Assembly (NCBI GenBank): GCA_965207675.1
Contig: CBDBMY010000011.1
Coordinates: 1,950,171 to 2,014,170 of the forward strand
DNA from: Vicinamibacterales bacterium
Lineage (GTDB): Bacteria; Acidobacteriota; Vicinamibacteria; Vicinamibacterales; UBA8438
Length of the DNA stretch: 64,000 nucleotides
Reading direction: 5' to 3'
Shown: positions 28,714 through 38,861 of the stretch, one piece after another
Numbering within the stretch: the first letter of the stretch is position 1
How the letters are laid out: each line of letters begins with the position of its first letter
Made by a program: the position numbers and the translations under genes
Notes under the pieces: model-generated
Seen by the model: only the letters and a program-made list of their open reading frames with translations
What the model was told of the DNA's origin: nothing
Databases searched by the model: none

Positions 28714-31713
28714 ATGAGGCTCAGCGGCGCATGTTTCGCAACCTTCCTCCTGGTCGCGGCGGCTCCCGCCGTCGCCCAGGACAGCGGCATCGCGGGGGCG
28801 GTGAACGACAACACCGGCGGCGTCCTGCCCGGCGTCACCGTCGAGGCGGCGAGCCCGGCCCTCATCGAGGGGTCGCGGGTCGCGGTGACCGACGCCCAGG
28901 GGCGCTACGCGTTCACGGCGCTGCGGCCCGGCGTCTACACCGTCACCTTCACCCTGACCGGGTTCGCCACGGTGGTGCGCGAGGGCATCGAGCTCACCGC
29001 CGGTTTCACGGCGCCGGTCAACGTCGAGCTCGAGGTCGGCGCCCTCGAGGAGACGATCACCGTCTCGGGGCAGTCGCCGGTCATCGACGTCCAGCGGGTG
29101 CAGGAGCTGACCGTCGTCACCAACGACGTGCTGAACGCCCTGCCGATGAACAAGGACTGGGGCGCCATCGGGGCCCTGACGGTCGGCGTCGCCCCCGAGT
29201 CGCAGGACGTCGGGGGGGTCCGCGAGTCGTACATGCCGTACCTCGCGGCGCACGGCGGCGACACCCGCGACGGCATGCGGCAGATGGACGGGCTGACGAT
29301 GGGCAACCTGTCGTGCGGCTACTCCTGCACGACCCTGAACGCCAACGACGCCCAGACCGAGGAGCTGTCGTACGAGATCGGGGCGGTCTCGGCCGACGTG
29401 GCCATCGGCGGGGTCCGCGTGAACATCATCCCGAAGGAGGGCGGCAACTCGTTCAGCGGGTCGACCTTCGGCAACTTCTCGAACAGCGGGCTGCAGGGCG
29501 ACAACCTCAGCCAGGATCTCCTCGACGCAGGGCTGCAGACGCCGGACGTCGTCAGCAGCATCTGGGACACCAGCGTCGACCTCGGGGGGCCGATCGTCAG
29601 GGACAAGCTGTGGTTCCACGGCGCGTACCGCAACTGGGGCCTCAAGCTGCTGCCCGCCAACACGTTCTACGACACCGACCCCAACGACTACGTCTTCACG
29701 CCGGACCTGACGCGGCCGGGGGTCAACGAGCAGTACGACCAGAGCGCGAGCATCCGGCTCACGTGGCAGGCCACGCCCGGCAACAAGTTCGCCGTCTACT
29801 ACAACGGGGCGCCGCGCCACCAGCCCTTCCAGGGCATCTCGAACCGCCGCACCCCCGAGGCGGCGCGCGACCAGCGGAACCCCCTGAACTGGCACGGGAC
29901 GACCACGTGGACGGGCACCGTCGGCAACCGCATCCTCCTCGAGGCGGGCATGGGCATCCAGATCCAGGACGCGACCATCGACCCCCAGCCCGGCGCCCCC
30001 CACCTCCACGCGGTGCGCGAGCTCACCACCGGCATCGACTTCCGCGGCATCGGCTTCAGCCGGCGGTGGAACGAGGTGCACCGGGCCTACAAGGCCGCGA
30101 TGTCCTACGTCACGGGGTCGCACAGCATCAAGTTCGGCATGACCCTCGACGAGGGGACCTGGCGGCAGGGCACCGACATCATCGGGCCGACCGACAGCCT
30201 GCTGTTCACCCTGGGCGGCCAGCCGTTGCTGATCGCGGCCTTCGCCACCCCCTACAACGTGGAGGTCGACCTGACCGCCGACCTCGGCCTCTACGTGCAG
30301 GACACCTGGACCATCGACCGCACCACCTTCAACCTCGGCCTGCGGTGGGACTACGTCCGGCAGGACATCCCCGTCCAGGACACGTCGCGCTTCGTCGACA
30401 CGCCCTCGGGCTCGGTGGGGCCGGGCACGTGGGCGCCGACGCGCCGCTGGGACGCCATCCCCAACGCCGCGAACTGGAAGGACCTGTCGCCGCGGATCGG
30501 CGTCGCGCACGACGTGTTCGGCGACGGCCGGACCGCCATCAAGGGGTCGATCAGCCGCTACCTCCGCGTCGACACCATCGGGATGGCGGCGTCGCGCAAC
30601 CCCGTCAACGCGTCGGTCACGAGCGCGACGCGGTTCTGGCAGGACGCGAACGGCGACTTCTTTCCCGACGAGAACGAGCTGGGGCCGTACTCGAACGCGA
30701 ACTTCGGCCAAAGCGTGCTGACCAACGTCTTTGCCTCCGACGTCTACTCGGGGTTCGGGACCCGGCGCAACAACTGGGAGTACTCGCTCGGCATCGAGCA
30801 GGAGATCCTGCCCCGCATGTCCCTCGACGTGTCGTACTGGCGCCGCGTGCAGGGCAACTTCTCGGTCACCGACAACACGCTGGTCGGGCCCGGCGACTTC
30901 GACCCCTACTGCGTGATCGCGCCCAGCGACCCGAGGCTGCCGAACGGGGGCGGCTACGAGGTCTGCGGCCTATACGACGTCAATCCCGCCAGCTTCGGCC
31001 AGGTGCAGAACGACATCATTCCGGCCGAGCCGAACGGCTACACGATGGAGCAGGTGTTCGACGGGCTCGACGTCGTCGTCAACTCGCGCATCAGCGGCGA
31101 CCTCTTCGTCTACGGCGGGGTCGGCCTCGGCCGCTCGCGCTTCAACGACTGCGACGCCCGCCCGGACAACCCCGCGGCGGTGCCGACGCTGGCCCTGACC
31201 GCGGGCGGGGCGGGCACCGGCGGCGGTTGGGACAGCGAGGAAGCGGCCGGGATCATCCTGCCCAGAGGACATCACTGCAGCATCGACCCGCCTTTCTTCC
31301 GGCCCGCCTGGAAGCTCAGCGGCGCCTATACGCTGCCGTGGTACGACGTGCAGCTCTCGGGCTTCCTGCAGAACCTGCCGGGGGTGCCGATTCTCGCGAC
31401 GTGGAACGCCCCGGCCAGCGCCATCGAGCCGTCGCTCGGCCGCCCGCTGGCGGGCGGGCAGCAGACCGCCGAGATCCACCTCATCCAACCGGGCACGATG
31501 TTCGCCGACCGCCTCAACCAGCTCGACATCCGCCTCTCGAAGCTCTTCCGCTTCGACGCCGACCGCGAGGTGCGGCTGATGCTCGACGCCTACAACATGC
31601 TCAACGACAACGCGCCGCTCGCCATCAACGACACCTACGGCCCGGCGTGGCAGGTGCCCGTGAACATCCTTCTGGCGCGGTTCGTGAAGTTCGGCGCGCA
31701 GCTCACGTGGTAG
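28714..31713 (+). CDS. TonB-dependent receptor (Oar-like, N-terminal carboxypeptidase-regulatory-like domain)
   Basis: Signal peptide; GGVLPGVTVEA, LRPGVYTVTFTLTGF, LGGPIVRDKLWF, YVQDTW, NLGLRWD, SPRIG, C-terminal W; GAGGAGG RBS. Confidence 0.92.
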   Translation: MRLSGACFATFLLVAAAPAVAQDSGIAGAVNDNTGGVLPGVTVEAASPALIEGSRVAVTDAQGRYAFTALRPGVYTVTFTLTGFATVVREGIELTAGFTAPVNVELEVGALEETITVSGQSPVIDVQRVQELTVVTNDVLNALPMNKDWGAIGALTVGVAPESQDVGGVRESYMPYLAAHGGDTRDGMRQMDGLTMGNLSCGYSCTTLNANDAQTEELSYEIGAVSADVAIGGVRVNIIPKEGGNSFSGSTFGNFSNSGLQGDNLSQDLLDAGLQTPDVVSSIWDTSVDLGGPIVRDKLWFHGAYRNWGLKLLPANTFYDTDPNDYVFTPDLTRPGVNEQYDQSASIRLTWQATPGNKFAVYYNGAPRHQPFQGISNRRTPEAARDQRNPLNWHGTTTWTGTVGNRILLEAGMGIQIQDATIDPQPGAPHLHAVRELTTGIDFRGIGFSRRWNEVHRAYKAAMSYVTGSHSIKFGMTLDEGTWRQGTDIIGPTDSLLFTLGGQPLLIAAFATPYNVEVDLTADLGLYVQDTWTIDRTTFNLGLRWDYVRQDIPVQDTSRFVDTPSGSVGPGTWAPTRRWDAIPNAANWKDLSPRIGVAHDVFGDGRTAIKGSISRYLRVDTIGMAASRNPVNASVTSATRFWQDANGDFFPDENELGPYSNANFGQSVLTNVFASDVYSGFGTRRNNWEYSLGIEQEILPRMSLDVSYWRRVQGNFSVTDNTLVGPGDFDPYCVIAPSDPRLPNGGGYEVCGLYDVNPASFGQVQNDIIPAEPNGYTMEQVFDGLDVVVNSRISGDLFVYGGVGLGRSRFNDCDARPDNPAAVPTLALTAGGAGTGGGWDSEEAAGIILPRGHHCSIDPPFFRPAWKLSGAYTLPWYDVQLSGFLQNLPGVPILATWNAPASAIEPSLGRPLAGGQQTAEIHLIQPGTMFADRLNQLDIRLSKLFRFDADREVRLMLDAYNMLNDNAPLAINDTYGPAWQVPVNILLARFVKFGAQLTW

Positions 31714-31734
31714 CGGCTTCTGCCCTGGAGACGC

Positions 31735-31860
31735 ATGATCCCGAAGGACATCACCAGCGCACACATCGAGCAGGCCATACGGCTCATCATCCGTGACGGC
31801 GTGCCACCGAGAAGGAGGAGTCGAGGCTACTGCCTGGAGGCGAAAGGTGAACATCCGGGC
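31735..31860 (+). pseudogene. Truncated N-terminal fragment resembling the head domain of McrA/McrB-type restriction proteins
   Basis: MIPKDITSAHIEQAIRLIIRDGVPPRRRSRGYCL, with GGAG RBS; similarity stops after ~40 aa; family call is by recall. Confidence 0.4.
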
Positions 31861-31937
31861 GGCTCATTGATGAAGGCTGCGCGCTGCCGTGATGGCGCTG
31901 GAATGAGGCGGCTGCCGGTCCGCCGCCGTGTCCCGCA

Positions 31938-33080
31938 TCACGGCTGTTCGGCGGCCGGCGTGTGGGTCTGCACGTAGTCCATGAGGCTCGGAATGCCGGC
32001 TTCCCAGGTGGGCACGACGTCGGGCCGCCAGATGTAGCCCAGGTGCCCCAGGGCCTTCGCCGTCGCCGCCGTCCGCTTCTCATCCCCCCGTTCGCCCAGG
32101 CCCCGCCGGACCGCGGCTTCGAGCTGCGCGCCGTCCAGGCGTTCGCGCTTCTCGAACGCCTCGGCCACCGCGCGCGCCGCCGGCAGCAGCCCCTGGTCAT
32201 GCAGCTCGTTGTAGCGTTGCAGGTAGTAGCGCCCCTTCTTCTGCTCGAAGTCCGCCGCGACCGCCGCCACGTCCGTCCGGGTGATACGCCGGCCGGCCGA
32301 CGACCCACCCGCGACCACGCGCCGCCACAGCGCCTCGCCCAACAACTGCACGAAGTACGGATAGCCCTGGTTGGCGGCCACGAGTTGCGCCAGCGCGTCG
32401 TCGTCGACGGCCACCTTCTCGCCCGCCAGCGGCAACCGCAGCGCGTCGGCCGTCGCCGCCGCGTCCAGGCGGCCGATGGGCAGGAGCTCCGAACGGCTCC
32501 AGAACGAGACATCCATCTCGCTCAGGCGCGACTCCAGGTGCGGCGTACCGGCCAGGACCAGCAGGAACGGCTGCTTGCGGCCGACGATCTGGCCGGCGTT
32601 CAGCAGCGCATGGCCGACTCCGGCATCCAGCGTATGCGCTTCGTCCAGCAACAGCAGCAGCGGCTTCTTGCCGGTGCGGGCGGCCAGGACCTCGTCCAGC
32701 GCGGGTGCATCCGGGGACTGTCCCGCTCGCCACCGGACGCCGGAGATGGAGACCTCGCCGGGCAGCAACCGTCGCCACCACGTCGGCGACAGGAGGCGGC
32801 GAACGAGCTTCTCTTCGGTGGGAACGGCCGCCGGCGTCAGGTGGATCACGTCGACCGCATCGCGCTCGCGGGCGACCTCGTGAAGCCAGGAGAGCAGCGT
32901 CGTCTTGCCGTTGCCGCGCGGTCCGTAGAGGATCAGATCGCGCGGCGGGGCGGCGCCCTGCCGAAGACGGTCCAGAAACGCGCGGCAGATCTGCTGCTCT
33001 CGCTCCCGGCCGGCCAAGTACGGCGGCAGGCCCCCGGGGCCAGGCTTGAACAGGTCCAGCTCGTTCCGCGCCGACGGCAT
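31938..33080 (-). CDS. AAA/STAND-like ATPase (AAA_16 type)
   Basis: FKPGPGGLPPYLAGRE, YGPRGNGKTT, LLLDEAH, GYPYFVQ. Confidence 0.85.
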   Translation of the reverse strand: MPSARNELDLFKPGPGGLPPYLAGREREQQICRAFLDRLRQGAAPPRDLILYGPRGNGKTTLLSWLHEVARERDAVDVIHLTPAAVPTEEKLVRRLLSPTWWRRLLPGEVSISGVRWRAGQSPDAPALDEVLAARTGKKPLLLLLDEAHTLDAGVGHALLNAGQIVGRKQPFLLVLAGTPHLESRLSEMDVSFWSRSELLPIGRLDAAATADALRLPLAGEKVAVDDDALAQLVAANQGYPYFVQLLGEALWRRVVAGGSSAGRRITRTDVAAVAADFEQKKGRYYLQRYNELHDQGLLPAARAVAEAFEKRERLDGAQLEAAVRRGLGERGDEKRTAATAKALGHLGYIWRPDVVPTWEAGIPSLMDYVQTHTPAAEQP

Positions 33081-33166
33081 GACGCCACCATTCTATGCCC
33101 GCCGTGCGTGCTCGACCTCGCGACCCGGGGGCGCGCGCCACCCGAACCCGCGCCTGATGGGCGTCG

Positions 33167-36100
33167 CTACCGGGTCCGATCGAACCTCTCGATTGTGTTC
33201 GGGGCAGGCGGTCGGCTGACGTCGACCACGCAGACGACGACCCTGCGAGCCTCCGCCGCGGACAGCGACTCGGTCAGGCGTGTCTCGAGCTCTCCGGCGC
33301 TGCCGGGCGGCGGGCCGTCCCGGGGCGGCGGACCCTGCTCGCCGAACCACAACACCAGATAGATGCCATATCCGTCGGTCGCGGGATCCTGTGCGTAGTA
33401 CGCGAGCAACTGGTCACGCACGGCGCTCCACAGATCGCGGTGCGAGTCCTTCTTGACCTCGATCGGCACGTGGAAGCTCCCGCACGCGACTCGAATGTCC
33501 GCCCGCCGGTCATTCGCGTAATTCCCCTCGGGCTGTGCGTCGGCGGTCCCGACAAGGCGTTCCCGAAGCCGAGACAGCAGCGCGTCTCGACATGAGTTCT
33601 CATGTTTCGGCGCGATCGGTTCGCGGTGCGGGCCCTCGTTCCAGAACAGGCGCCAATCGTTGGTGTTGCCGGTGCGGATCTCCTCGGCGATCTCGCGCAG
33701 CCGGTCCACCAGCAGCGCCGCCAGATCCCCGGCGTTGGCGGGCGGACCGTTCGCCAGCGTCCGGCGGACCTGCTCGATGCTCGGGGTCCGGAAGGTGGCG
33801 TCGCGCCGAACGACCCGCTGCGCGTCGCGCGCGCGGACCAGGGCGTCGCGCCAGGCGGACAACGCGCGGTCTGACGACAGATCCGCCAGGGCTTCGCCGG
33901 CGGCGCGGTCCGGGGACGCGGCGAGGCGGTCCATCAGATCGCCGATGGCGAGCGAAACCTCCAGATCGATCGACCCGCCGGTGGTGCCGCGCGGCAGACG
34001 AGGGCCGAAGACCGGCCCCAGCAGACGGATCAGCAGGGCCAGCTCGGGCGCCCTCATGTCGTGAGTCAAACCGGGCTCCCGGTCGGTGACGAAGAACGCC
34101 GACAGTCGCCGGATGCGAGGGTCCCGGCCCCGTACGAATTCCTCAACCGGTCCGCGCCACCGCTCCGGCGACGTCACCAGACCGGCCGCCAACCACTGTG
34201 TGCGTTGGGCGTCGTTCATGCTCCGCGCGCCGAGCTTTCGCTCGATCAGCCGGCGCAATTCCGACCGGTCGGCCCAGCGCAGCGCCGCCCAAAGCAGGAT
34301 GGTCAACGCGTCGACCTGCGCGTTGCGGCAGCGCGTCGGAAACGAGCGCAGCAACGGCAGAGCGGCGCGGGCGGCCACCTCGCGGTGCTCCGGGTCGGTG
34401 GCCAGCCGGTCGAGCGCGGGGACGGCCGGGCTGCCCTGTCGCAGCTCGGCGGAGCCATGACGGCGCAGCACATCCGCAACGATCTCGGGACGTGAGCGGA
34501 CGACCCGGCGATACCAGCGGTCTGCGCGGGAGACAGGCTTGGTGAAGTAGAACGCGAGCGCGCTGCGGAGCGCGTGTCCGTCGAGCGTCAGCGGGCCGTC
34601 CGGCTGTGTCATGCCGTTCTCGACCACGCCGGCCAGGACGGGCAGAGCGAGATGGTATTCCTCGGCCATGGCGGCCCTCCGCACGATGTCCTCGGCGGAC
34701 GGCACGTCCACACGTGCCGGCGCGCCGCGCAGGCCCGCGAGCGCCGCGTCAACCAGTCCGGTGTCCGGGGCGAGCAGATTGCGCAGCCGCGTCCGGGCGT
34801 CGTCCCCCGTAATCTGCGGCAGCAGCCCGAACCACGCGGCGGCCAGCGGACGGAGCAGCGCGGGAGGGCAGCGGTTCTCACTCAGCGCCGTTGCCTGCGC
34901 CCGAACGGCCTGCAGCAGGGGCTGCCGGCGCTGCTCGTCCGTCGCGAGCCAGGTCTGCCGGCGCGCGCTGCGAGCCGCATCGACCGGACTGGCGAGCATG
35001 TCCCGGAGCTGCCGCCGCAGCCGGTCATGGCCGCTGGTTCGTTCCCGCAGGCCGTCGACCGACAGCCCCCCGGCGCCGGCCCCCGTAACCACGGCGCGCA
35101 GCGCGCGGCGGAGCAGCCAGTCGGCGGCATGCAGATCCCGGCGTCGAGCGCTTCGTCCAGGCACCAGCAGGCGAGGTCCGGCGGCGGATCGGCCTCGTAG
35201 AGACGTTCGTCGATGCCGGGCCCGCCGGCCGAATGCCCCGACGCGGTCCAGCGCCGCAGGCCCTCCGCGACGATCGCCTTCTGCCGGTCCGGCCGCGCCG
35301 CCAGCCAGGCGTGCACGAGCGGCACGGGGCCGCCGTTGCCGGCGCCCGTCTCATCATCGAGCAACGCCAGGCTTTCGGCGTACGGCCGGGAAACCAGGCC
35401 GACGCCGAGCCAGTCCCAGAGGCGCCCGGCGTCCAGCGCGTCCCCGTGCGCCTCCAGACCGCGCGCCAGCAGGTCCAGCGTGTTCAGGCCCGCCAGGGCC
35501 GGATCCGTCGCCTCCCGACCCGCACCGGCCGCAGCCGGATCGGGCGCGTCCCGCCGGCGGGCCAGATGGTCGAGCAGGACGGCCACGTCCGTATCCGTCG
35601 CTCGTTCTGGAAGCGAGTGCCAGAAGCTCGTCCCGCCCGGCCCCTCGGTGAGGTAGTCCAATACACGGGAGGCCGGCAGGAAGCCCGGATACAGATGCGA
35701 CAGCAACTCCTGCCGAAGCTCGCCATCGGGGTCAGGGACGATTCCACGGTGGACTTCGTCGAGCAGGACGACGAGCGCCGCCTCCCTGTCCTGCCCGCCC
35801 GGCATCGCGCGGATGAACGCCTGCAACGCGGTCGAACGAACGTCCGCGTAACGACCGTCGTCCCGGACGACCTCGAGCAGCAGCTCCGACACGCCCGGAA
35901 GCGGAGCGGCGACCGCACGCAGGACGAAGTAGACGAAGCTCTGTTGTTCGCGTCCGCGGTCCGGATCGGTCAGGATCTCCCGTAGCGCGGGCTCGAGATC
36001 GGCTGTCACGAACGACCTGGAACCCGACGACGACGGGTATTCGACGAGCCGCGATGCGTCGCGGTGCACCGCCTGCAGCAACCGGCGCTTGTCATCGGTA

Positions 36101-37344
36101 GAGAAACCGGCGGCGTCACCATACAGTGCGACGCCGACCGGGTCGCGATCGATCAACGCCCGTCGGACGCCGGAACACCGGCACAACGCCGCCAGCCACC
36201 CCGAGAAGCCTCTGAGCGCGGTCACGATGGTACCGTCGCCGCCGGCGATCAGCGCCAGGACGCGCGGGGCCGGCAGTCCGGCCTCGATCAGCCGAGCGAG
36301 GTGTCTCGCCGCCAGGAACTCAGCCACGTGGCGGTGGACCGGGGAGCAACACCCGTCTGCTGACGGCGACGTGAACAACCGCGTGCCGAGTGCACGGCGA
36401 GAGAGCCGGCGCGCACCGCCCGGCCCGGTGCTCGCGGCACCGACAGCCGATTCCGGCGAGCCCTCGGGCTCCGCGACGCAGCCGTCGAGCAACGGATAGC
36501 GCGCGTCGGATGCCGCCTGACGCAGCGCGTAACCGTCGCGGTCAGCGAGGAGCAGTCCGGCGCACAGTCGTCCGGCAGCATCGACGAGAACGTCGGGCGG
36601 GGCATGCCAGTCCTCAAGTGCATTGGCGTGCTCCTCGTTCATCTCCTCGGCCATCGACCGGCACGCCCGCTCGAACGTCTCGGTACGGCTCGTCGGCCAC
36701 TCGCCGCCCGCGCCGACGGCGTCGGCCAGCATGACGAGACTCTGCGGATTCGCGAGCATGGCGTCGAGACCGCGGTCTCTGGCCGACTCGATGAACGACG
36801 CCGCGTCGGATGGTCCGTCGCCGTCCCCGTCGAGAATCCGCAGGGCATCGTCGGACGTCAGCGGATCGAGACCGAGCACGGTGATACGGTTGTCCGGCGA
36901 GACCGACTCCAGGTGCCGGCGGTCGTTGGCGCCGAGCCAGTCGGCGGCCCGGCACGACAGCCTGAAGCGCGGCCTGCCCAACACGTCGAGGCGCTCGCGG
37001 ATCGCGTCGAACGGCGTGCGCGCGTCGGGCGACCCCGCCCGAACCTCATCGAGGCCGTCGATGAACAGGGTCTTGTTGCGCCATTCGGTCCGTGGCGCGA
37101 GCGTCCTGAAGTCGCGCGCGTTAATCAGGTGGGTGCGCGCGCGGCCGAGCGCCCGGTGCTCGTCCTGGAAGGCGGTGGTCTTCCCCGCTCCCGGATCACC
37201 CAAGAGGACGTACGCCGAATCGTCCCGATGCGCGCTCAGCAGCCGAGACTCTCCCCCGCGCGCGGGCGCGCCGGCCTCGTGGCGGTTCGACCCGCGTTGC
37301 CCGGACACCGGCGTGCATGTTCGCGGTACGCGGGCGCCCTTCAT
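33167..37344 (-). CDS. Large NACHT/STAND NTPase (~1390 aa) with C-terminal PD-(D/E)xK-like domain, with a single-base frameshift near 35138
   Basis: LLGDPGAGKTT, FIDGLDE, LSCR, NPQSL, HRHVAEFLAA; long helical middle; C-terminus E..ADIRV..PIEVKK..DQL..Y..YGIYLVLWFG; ORFs 34882..37344 and 33167..35164 join with one added base. Confidence 0.8.
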
Positions 37345-38594
37345 GGCTCGTCCAGCCAGTGGTCGGCGGGGGCCGACAGGAACTCGTTGAGGGGAATGCC
37401 GCCTTCACCGGCGACCAGCATCCGGGCGGGCCGGAAACTCGACGAGAACGCGTCCATGCCGCGCGGATCCGCCCTCCGCGATCCGCTCTTGACTTCGATG
37501 GCGACGAGCCGTGGCCCGCGGTGCAGCACGAAGTCGACCTCGCGCGGACCGTCGCGCCAATAGTACAGCCGGGTCGCGGTCGAGGCGGTGTTGAACAGAT
37601 GCGCCCCGACGGCGGTCTCCGTCAGGCGTCCCCGATACGTGCGATCCGCCATCGCTTCGTCGAGGGAGTAGCCCGATCCCGCGGTCATGAACGCGGTATC
37701 GAGCGCCAGCAGCTTGGGACTCGACCCGCGCCGACGGGGCGCACGACCGGCGTATTTCTGAAGCCCGGCGAGGAGGCCGGAGGCGGCGAGCAGATCGAGG
37801 TAACGCGCCAGGGTCGTCGTGTTCCCGGCATCCTGCAACTGGCCCAACATCTTGTTGTACGCCAGGATCTGCCCGGACCACTCAGTACCGAGTTCAAAGA
37901 GCCGCTTGAGCAGGGCCGGCTTGTCCACCCGGGTCATCGACAAGAGGTCGCGTTCGAGGTGCGGCTCGACAATGGACTGCAGGATGTAGTCCCGCCACTG
38001 GTCGGCGTTCCCACGCATCACGGCACCGCGCGGGTAGCCGCCGAAGTAGAGATACTCCGGCAGGCTGACGCCGAACGCCGCCGACATTTCCGCGAACGAC
38101 CAGTGGGTCACCGGGATGCGCTCGAACCGGCCCGCGAGGCTCTCGCTCAGCCCCGCCTGCATCGACATGGGTGCCGAGCCCAGGATGACGATGTGCAGGG
38201 GGCATTCCCTGGCCCGGTCCGCGTCCCAGAGCCCCTTGACCGCTTCCGACCAGCGGGCGATCTTCTGGATTTCGTCGAAGACCAGCACCGCGCCGCGGTC
38301 GGACCGCTCGGCCGTGCGCCGGGCGTCTTCCCACTGCCGCACAATCCAGCGGGTGTCGCGCGTGTCGGACACCCTGGCGACCGGCGCATCGACGTCGTAC
38401 GGCGCATCGCGGAGACCCGCAGGTTCGGGCTCGTCGACGGCCAGATAGCGGGACTCTCGATCGAGCTGCGAGAGTGCCTGCCGGACGATCGTGGTCTTGC
38501 CGGTCTGTCGCGGGCCGAACAGGGTCTGGATGAATGCCGGCCTGCCCGACAGGCGCCGGACCAGGGCCGCGACTTGGGCGCGCTCAAAGGCCAT
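37341..38594 (-). CDS. AAA_14 + DUF4143-type ATP-binding protein
   Basis: GPRQTGKTT, VFDEIQ, LGS, ESLAGRFE, GGYP, EVDFVL..IEVKS; stop overlaps NACHT start (ATGA). Confidence 0.88.
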   Translation of the reverse strand: MAFERAQVAALVRRLSGRPAFIQTLFGPRQTGKTTIVRQALSQLDRESRYLAVDEPEPAGLRDAPYDVDAPVARVSDTRDTRWIVRQWEDARRTAERSDRGAVLVFDEIQKIARWSEAVKGLWDADRARECPLHIVILGSAPMSMQAGLSESLAGRFERIPVTHWSFAEMSAAFGVSLPEYLYFGGYPRGAVMRGNADQWRDYILQSIVEPHLERDLLSMTRVDKPALLKRLFELGTEWSGQILAYNKMLGQLQDAGNTTTLARYLDLLAASGLLAGLQKYAGRAPRRRGSSPKLLALDTAFMTAGSGYSLDEAMADRTYRGRLTETAVGAHLFNTASTATRLYYWRDGPREVDFVLHRGPRLVAIEVKSGSRRADPRGMDAFSSSFRPARMLVAGEGGIPLNEFLSAPADHWLDEP

Positions 38595-38629
38595 GAGTCA
38601 TGATTATACCCTTGAGTAAATTACTCAAG
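38592..38629 (-). promoter_or_regulatory. Perfect TATAAT -10 box (38608-38603) and 19-bp palindromic operator CTTGAGTAA-A-TTACTCAAG (38611-38629)
   Basis: Read directly; AT-rich island in GC-rich DNA; -10 box lies 8 nt before the ATG. Confidence 0.7.
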
Positions 38630-38861
38630 CACATAGCCAGCGGTCCACGACCTCCAGCATTTGCCCCCGACCTCATCCCACTGAATCGACCGCGGCACGG
38701 TGGCGAGGCGGTAGTCGCACTGTCAACGGCATGACTCAAGTCGCCTCCGACGAGTCCCTCACGGGTCGCCCGGAAGCTCCGCCGGGGCAGGCGCGAACGG
38801 CAACGGCCCGGACGTGTGCGGTCATCTTGCCTGGCATGACGTCGTGGCGTACTCTGCCCCG

